The notes beneath the pieces are model-generated. The model was given only the letters and a program-made list of their open reading frames with translations. It was not told the origin of the DNA and searched no databases. DNA of 63,510 nt, counting the filler, from Alloascoidea hylecoeti (taxonomy: Eukaryota), in assembly GCA_001600815.1 (NCBI GenBank). It is 6 parts of 6 records of this genome, joined end to end, with 100 filler letters (N's around TTAATTAATTAA, not from the genome) between each part and the next. Parts side by side here need not be neighbours in the genome. Positions count along the whole stretch, not along the records: positions 47,899 to 62,264 come from BCKZ01000043.1; positions 62,365 to 63,510 come from BCKZ01000052.1; 4 more parts are not named here. One strand, 5' to 3'. The stretch's first letter is position 1; every line of letters starts with the position of its first letter. Positions 58,271 through 63,510 of this stretch are shown here, piece by piece. The position numbers were made by a program, and so were the translations under genes.

Positions 58271-59206
58271 ATGACATCTTATTCAAAATTGGAGTCAGAT
58301 GGATCACTCCTAATAGCGTATCAACTACAAAGTAAGTTTTCAACAATATATATATATGGAAATAATTATTAACAGGGAATTATATTAGATCGTCATGTGC
58401 TCGTTGTTGGAGGTGGATCAGTTGCTGTTTCTCGAATTAAAAATCTTATTATATCCCAAGCAAAAATAACGGTGATTGCACCTGATATAGAAGATGAAAT
58501 ACATGAAAGGTTTAAAAATGGTGAGATTTATGCAATTCATGAAAGAAGTTTTAAACCTGATGATTTATTTATGTATGAGAAAAATGATACGAGTATTAAT
58601 TCAAATTCAAATTCAAATTCCTATACGATAAAAGATTTAGAAAAGTTTAATAATATGACAAAAGAGGAATTGGGTGATATTGCTTTAAATATAAGAATAA
58701 GTAAATTTGCTTTAATTTTAGTGGCAATTGATAATTCAAATGAATCAACAAAGATTTTTCAGTTATGTCAAATTTATAATTTACCATCAAATATAGCAGA
58801 TATACCAAAAGAATGTGATTTTTATTTTGGATCAATGATTAAAAAAGGTCCATTACAAATAATGATAAGTACAAATGGTAAAAGTCCAAAATATGCATCT
58901 AAAATTCGAAAAAAGATAGAAAATGAAATCGATGATGATATTGGTTATGGATTAGAATTTATGGGAAAAATTAGAAAAAATCTTAGAAATCATTTAAATG
59001 ATAAAATTCAAGATAAAGAATTAATTAAAAATAGAATGAAATGGATTATTACAATTTCAAATAATTTTAAAATGGAAAATTTAATTGAAATGGGGAAACT
59101 TAATGATGATTTACAAAATTTAATTATTAATGATATAATTGATTGTTTTCCAAGTCATGGTGATATTATTTCTTTTGAATTTATAAAGAATAAATATAAT
59201 TTTTAA
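58271..59206 (+). CDS. MET8: Precorrin-2 dehydrogenase/sirohydrochlorin ferrochelatase; intron 58332-58388
   Basis: DGSLLIAYQL|NRHVLVVGGGSVA, NIADIPKECDFYFG, LQIMISTNGKSP. Confidence 0.93.
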
Positions 59207-59367
59207 AAATAAAATACCTAACGATTGTACTTGTTAAAATTTGAATAAACTATAGCTTATAATAACTATCTTCAAGAAAGGATATACTTTTGATGTAGCA
59301 ATTATAACTCCCTCCGTGATAAAAACAAAATGAAAATTCAATCCCATTCTAAAAATTATTTCTTCTT

Positions 59368-59690
59368 CTAACAGTTCCTTTCCTCCCCCTATTTACTATT
59401 TCGTCACCTTGAACCATTAACTGAATGCTACTTTATCTCTGATTTCAAGATTAGGGTTTCCATAGGGTTGATTTTATTCTCTATATTGGTCTAGAGTCCT
59501 TGACATTGATTTACTTGTATTGATATCATTCTGATAATCATCAAGGTCTCTAATCTCTGTAAAAAATTTCTTTTGATAGCTCTTTAGGTCATAAAACTCA
59601 ATAAAGGAGAATATTTTTCAAATGTCTACCATCGTCAGTCTATCTATGGTATCGAGCAGAATTAGATTATCGGGTAGCCCAAAACTGTTA
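59368..59690 (-). mobile_element. Ty3/gypsy-like integrase relic with PPT and LTR start
   Basis: Minus strand FGLPDNLI..D and EIRDKV fragments, then AGGGGGAGGAAAGGAA followed by TGTTAG. Confidence 0.4.
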
Positions 59691-60199
59691 AATTTCAACC
59701 ACGAATCACAAAATCAGCAAAAAATATAAAATATTGAAAATAATATTACCCAAATCTTATTAATCTCATAATTCTCATAACATACGTTCGATATTTACTT
59801 TTGTAATATTGCTGTGGTGTGATCGTTTTTCTACAGTGTAGTGTATTGAATTTACTAGCTTCTAGCTTCCGGCACACATCTTTTTGTTATCTCAAAATAA
59901 TTATGTATAATTAGTACGTATCCCCTCCTAGAAGTCTGAATTCCACTAAGAATAGTTTTCATGTGGTCTTCGAGCACTGTGGTGGAAAAATGAAATAATA
60001 AAGCTTGCCGCATCCCCTTGATGTGATATGCCCAACTGCCTGTTTATAATGCTTTCAATTTTTCAACCCCTCTTCCTAAACTTCTTTTACAAAGTCAATA
60101 GATTTACATATACATCATTCAGGTGAATACTCATATAAAATGAATTTTCCTCGATTTTTTGGCTACTTCTACCTCTTAAGCTTTTCGCCTACCCAAACC

Positions 60200-61595
60200 T
60201 CAGGATATAATCGTACCTTAATATTCTTGATGAAGATAAACAAAAGAATCTTCAAATTATATCGTATGAATATATCACATTCTGAATATCAAGTTGGTAG
60301 AAATTATTTGGAAACTTTAATGGATATAAAACTTCAAAAAATTCTTCCTCCTCTGACAATAATGAAGAACAACATGTCATTTCTATCGAATCTACAAGAA
60401 AACAATCAGATGATGATTATATTTTAGATAAAATTAAGAAAAGATTATTACAATATCTTGCTGTTTTACAATTACATCAACATTTTGAAACTGAAAAAGA
60501 AGTTGAAAATTTTAAAAAATTGATACAAGTTTTAATTAGAGATGTTGATTCAAATAATAACTAATCAGTTATCAATGAAGAAGGTCTGCTTTTTCAAAAC
60601 TATTACATAAATATTCATCTTTTTGATATTAATGATAGTTCAAAAGGATATTAATGATGATTCTTCTGAAAAGGAAGAAAAAAACCGAAATAATCAAAGT
60701 TTAACCAAAACCAGAACCGATCATTTAATTTATTAATTATTTGAAATTTTAATGAATTATTAATTAAATTATCAAATTCATCAATTTTATTTTTTGTAAA
60801 TGAAAAATTTAATAATTTTAATTTAATTGAATCAAAACAATTTAATTTTAAAATTATACCATCACAATTATATTGTAATGAATTAAAAAAAAAAAACAAG
60901 TTTAGCTAAATCAGTTGCCGCAACCCTTGGTCGTAAATTCCATCGTATTTCACTTGAAAAGTTGTGTTATGATAAAATTGGTGGTAATGATGATTCATCT
61001 GCTGCAATGTTAGAAGTTTTAGATCCTGATCTCAAACTATTGCTACTGCAGATTATGATCATAATGTATGGAAATGTTGATACTAGACCATTAATGAAAA
61101 TTGGCACTTGTTACAACCGTGAAGCTGGTGTTAAAAATCTTAAAAAAGAACTGGCTAGCATTTGTCATCATCTTCTACGCCAATTTATAATGGTATGGAA
61201 GATCTATAGAAGTATATTGGTATTTCCCTTCGAAGTAGAATGGGACTTGTTAATGGTCTTGCACACATGGGAAGTGCTGATCCAAAAGATAGACCTGGTT
61301 CTGGTGCTGGTCCAGCAATCACAATGACACTTTCATCTCTATTAACTAAAACACCTGTTCCAAGTGATTCAGCATTGACTGGAGAAATGACATTACATGG
61401 TAAAATTTTGGTGCTCATCTAGCAGGTGTAACAAAAGTAATAGAATTGGATGGCGAAAATTTTATTAAACAAGAATTAGATGTCGATATTCAATATGTTG
61501 GTAGCATTTGGAATTTGATTCCTCTTGTTGGAGTGAATGTTATTGATGATGATAATAAAGGTGTTATTAAGAGGCAAAATAGTCCAAGATTATAA
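60200..61595 (+). pseudogene. Heavily deleted peroxisomal-type Lon protease pseudogene
   Basis: Ordered Lon fragments: SEYQVGRNYLETLMDI, KIKKRLLQYLAVL, SLAKSVAATLGRKFHRISL, SAAMLEVLDP, YNREAGVKNL, GLVNGLA, ALTGEMTLHGKIL. Ends PRL* (PTS1-like). Many frameshifts. Confidence 0.88.
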
Positions 61596-61708
61596 TTATG
61601 AGGAATTTATAATTTATAAATTGGAGATTGGAATTGTATTTGGAATTGGAAATTTATTGATTAATATTCATGTTAGGATTATAAATTTAAATAAATAGAT
61701 CACTAACA

Positions 61709-62264
61709 TTATAACTCTCGTTTTCTTGATCTAAGCCTCTTAAATATGGGTTCATCAGAGATAGGTTCATCAGAAATGGGTTCCACCGGTACATTAGTGA
61801 TCCCAGAAATCTGAGAGATCATTCCATTCAATTGTTCAACATCTTTACATCTAGGAGATTCTGACGTTTTATTTCTTGGGGAATTCAAATTGTTTAATTT
61901 ACCGGAATAACTGAAACCAAAGTCATATAATATTATCTTATCACCATTAAATACCATATTCNNATCTCGNANATCTCCATGATGAATGCCAATCTTATGT
62001 AGCTTGTCCAAGATTTCCCAGGCTTTTTNCTGNATTTCAGGTTTCTTNAAATCGGGACGACATCCTTTGATGTGTTCAATTATCATAAATAATCCTGATG
62101 AGTATGGTTCTTTGTCCTTACATAGAGTTGCAAACCCGACGGCAAAAATTTTGGGAATATAATCTTGTAAATCATTTGCGATAATAGTTCTATACGCCTC
62201 AAGTTCGGCAATAAAGCTATTAAAACAAAATAACGGCATATCCTTTTTCGGGTGATAATGTTGA
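61709..62264 (-). CDS. Minimal protein-kinase-like domain, 5'-truncated at spacer
   Basis: Frame open to the gap. ELEAY..L..YIPKIFAVG, MIIEHIKG, LDKLHKIGIHHGDxRDxNM, ILYDFGFS, KDVEQL, then EPISD repeats and a basic tail. Confidence 0.8.
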
Positions 62265-62364
62265 NNNNNNNNNNNNNNNNNNNNNNNNNNNNNNNNNNNN
62301 NNNNNNNNTTAATTAATTAANNNNNNNNNNNNNNNNNNNNNNNNNNNNNNNNNNNNNNNNNNNN
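62265..62364. other. Artificial contig spacer
   Basis: N44-TTAATTAATTAA-N44. Confidence 0.97.
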
Positions 62365-63510
62365 TTAAAATTAATTAACGTAAAGTTCACTGTAGCGTAT
62401 AACTCTATTAAAAGATCTTATAAGTAATTTAGAACCACTTGGTGATAGATTCCTTAAGACTGGTAGCGGCGCTTCCCAGAGTTATACCTAATTGAACGAT
62501 ACAAAATTAATGGCAATTTTTGGATATAATCCAGAAGAAGAAGTTACAACTACGGGAAGTGAATCAGTAGTTAGCGCAATGGATCACCCAAGTAATGATA
62601 TGAATATGGCCCAGGGTACGCAACCAGGTACCCAGCCATTTCAAAATACGAACCCATATCCAATGCCTCCGCCCAGGATTGAGATATTTAATGGCAAACG
62701 AGACCCAGCGTTTATTGATACTTGGTTCTCGAGATTGGCACAAACATTCAGTGAATATCCGGCAGAAACGCCAGATATACATAGAATTCAATTTGCGTCA
62801 AGATATTTAGGAGAGACTGCTTATTCTTGGTACCTAAATACATACCCTAGACAAGTATTAGATGGCAGTTATGGAGAATTCGAGAGACTGGTAAGGAGAA
62901 CATTCTACCCGTTAAACTATGAAAATGATTTATTTACAAAATATTTACATTTAAAACAAATTACAACGGCGATAGCATATACTACCGAGTTCTCAAGATT
63001 ATACAGGCTAATCCAACCAGATAACGAGCCATTACAGTTGCAACACTTCATTGATGGACTGAAGCCATACTTGAAGATCGAAATGATTAAAGACAGGCCC
63101 CGCTCACTAGACGAAGCCATGACGAAAGCCATACAATTAGATGAAATCCAAGATCTAATAAAACCTCAGAGAAATCCATGGCCGAGAAATTATGGTAACC
63201 AAAATAGAGGTTGGCCAGGACAAGAACAAAGAAGTTACCAAAATAAGAAAGAAAATAGTAAGAAAATAGAGGGACTGATGGTTAGAAAAAATGTAGCTGA
63301 GAGTATTGTATTAAGAAATAATGTATTTGATTTAAATGGTATGAAAAATATTGTACCAAGTGTTGCTGTATCTAGAGAAATTATGAAAGAAGAACATAAA
63401 GAGAATAAATTAGAAAAAGAAATAAAAAATAGGAATAAAGAAAAGACAATAGAATCACTAAGAAAAATTAAAGAAAATAGAAAACAAGAACTGAGTGAAA
63501 TAAGAACGGA
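62365..63510 (+). mobile_element. 5' part of Ty3/gypsy retrotransposon: LTR end, tRNA-iMet PBS (62461), gag ORF from 62510 open to window end
   Basis: PBS TGGTAGCGGC. Gag reads PRIEIFNGKRD..IDTWF..RIQFASRYLGETAYSWY..LKQ..YTTEFSRL..HFIDGLKPYLK..PRSLDEAMTKAIQLD. Absent from the ORF track because there is no stop in the window. Confidence 0.9.

Noticed and set aside
1..63510. tRNA/rRNA genes and a CUG-reassigned genetic code
   Set aside because: No cloverleaf or rRNA-like segment was recognised by eye. CTG occurs at conserved Leu positions (LSG1 GKLL, kinase HTDLK), consistent with the standard code.

Overview
AT-rich fungal DNA, most likely a yeast of an early-branching Saccharomycotina lineage. 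The evidence is short GT..CTAA(C/T)..AG introns, CTG read as Leu at conserved positions, Reb1/Cbf1-type promoter motifs, and a retained Mis18-like gene. The window is six contigs joined by artificial 100-nt N44-TTAATTAATTAA-N44 spacers, so adjacency across spacers is unproven. Conserved genes: RIO1, RTC5, PEP12-like syntaxin, a PQ-loop transporter, a CAT8-like activator, LSG1, a PHO4-like bHLH factor, Mis18-like, FAF1-like, HIS6, DUF1770-like, NAT3, SEC72, a cytochrome b5-like protein and MET8. Accessory genes: a divergent LAMMER kinase, a TIR/DAN-like GPI wall protein, an F-box/WD40 protein, and a GH5 plus GH3 pair. Mobile and relic DNA is abundant: nested copia LTRs with clear TSDs, Ty3 gag with its PBS, Tc1 relics, a Lon pseudogene and gene-fragment mosaics. 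Most notable: (i) two contig-end ORFs encoding a PD-(D/E)xK-like nuclease domain and a minimal kinase, suggesting a Spok/Crinkler-like nuclease-kinase family in a yeast; (ii) an inverted copy of the GH3 promoter and first codons, lacking the CreA/Mig1 box, aimed antisense at the GH3 gene; (iii) 91-bp solo-LTR-like elements with nested insertions; (iv) recurrent local inverted duplications. All family calls come from motif recognition by eye; no database searches were run.
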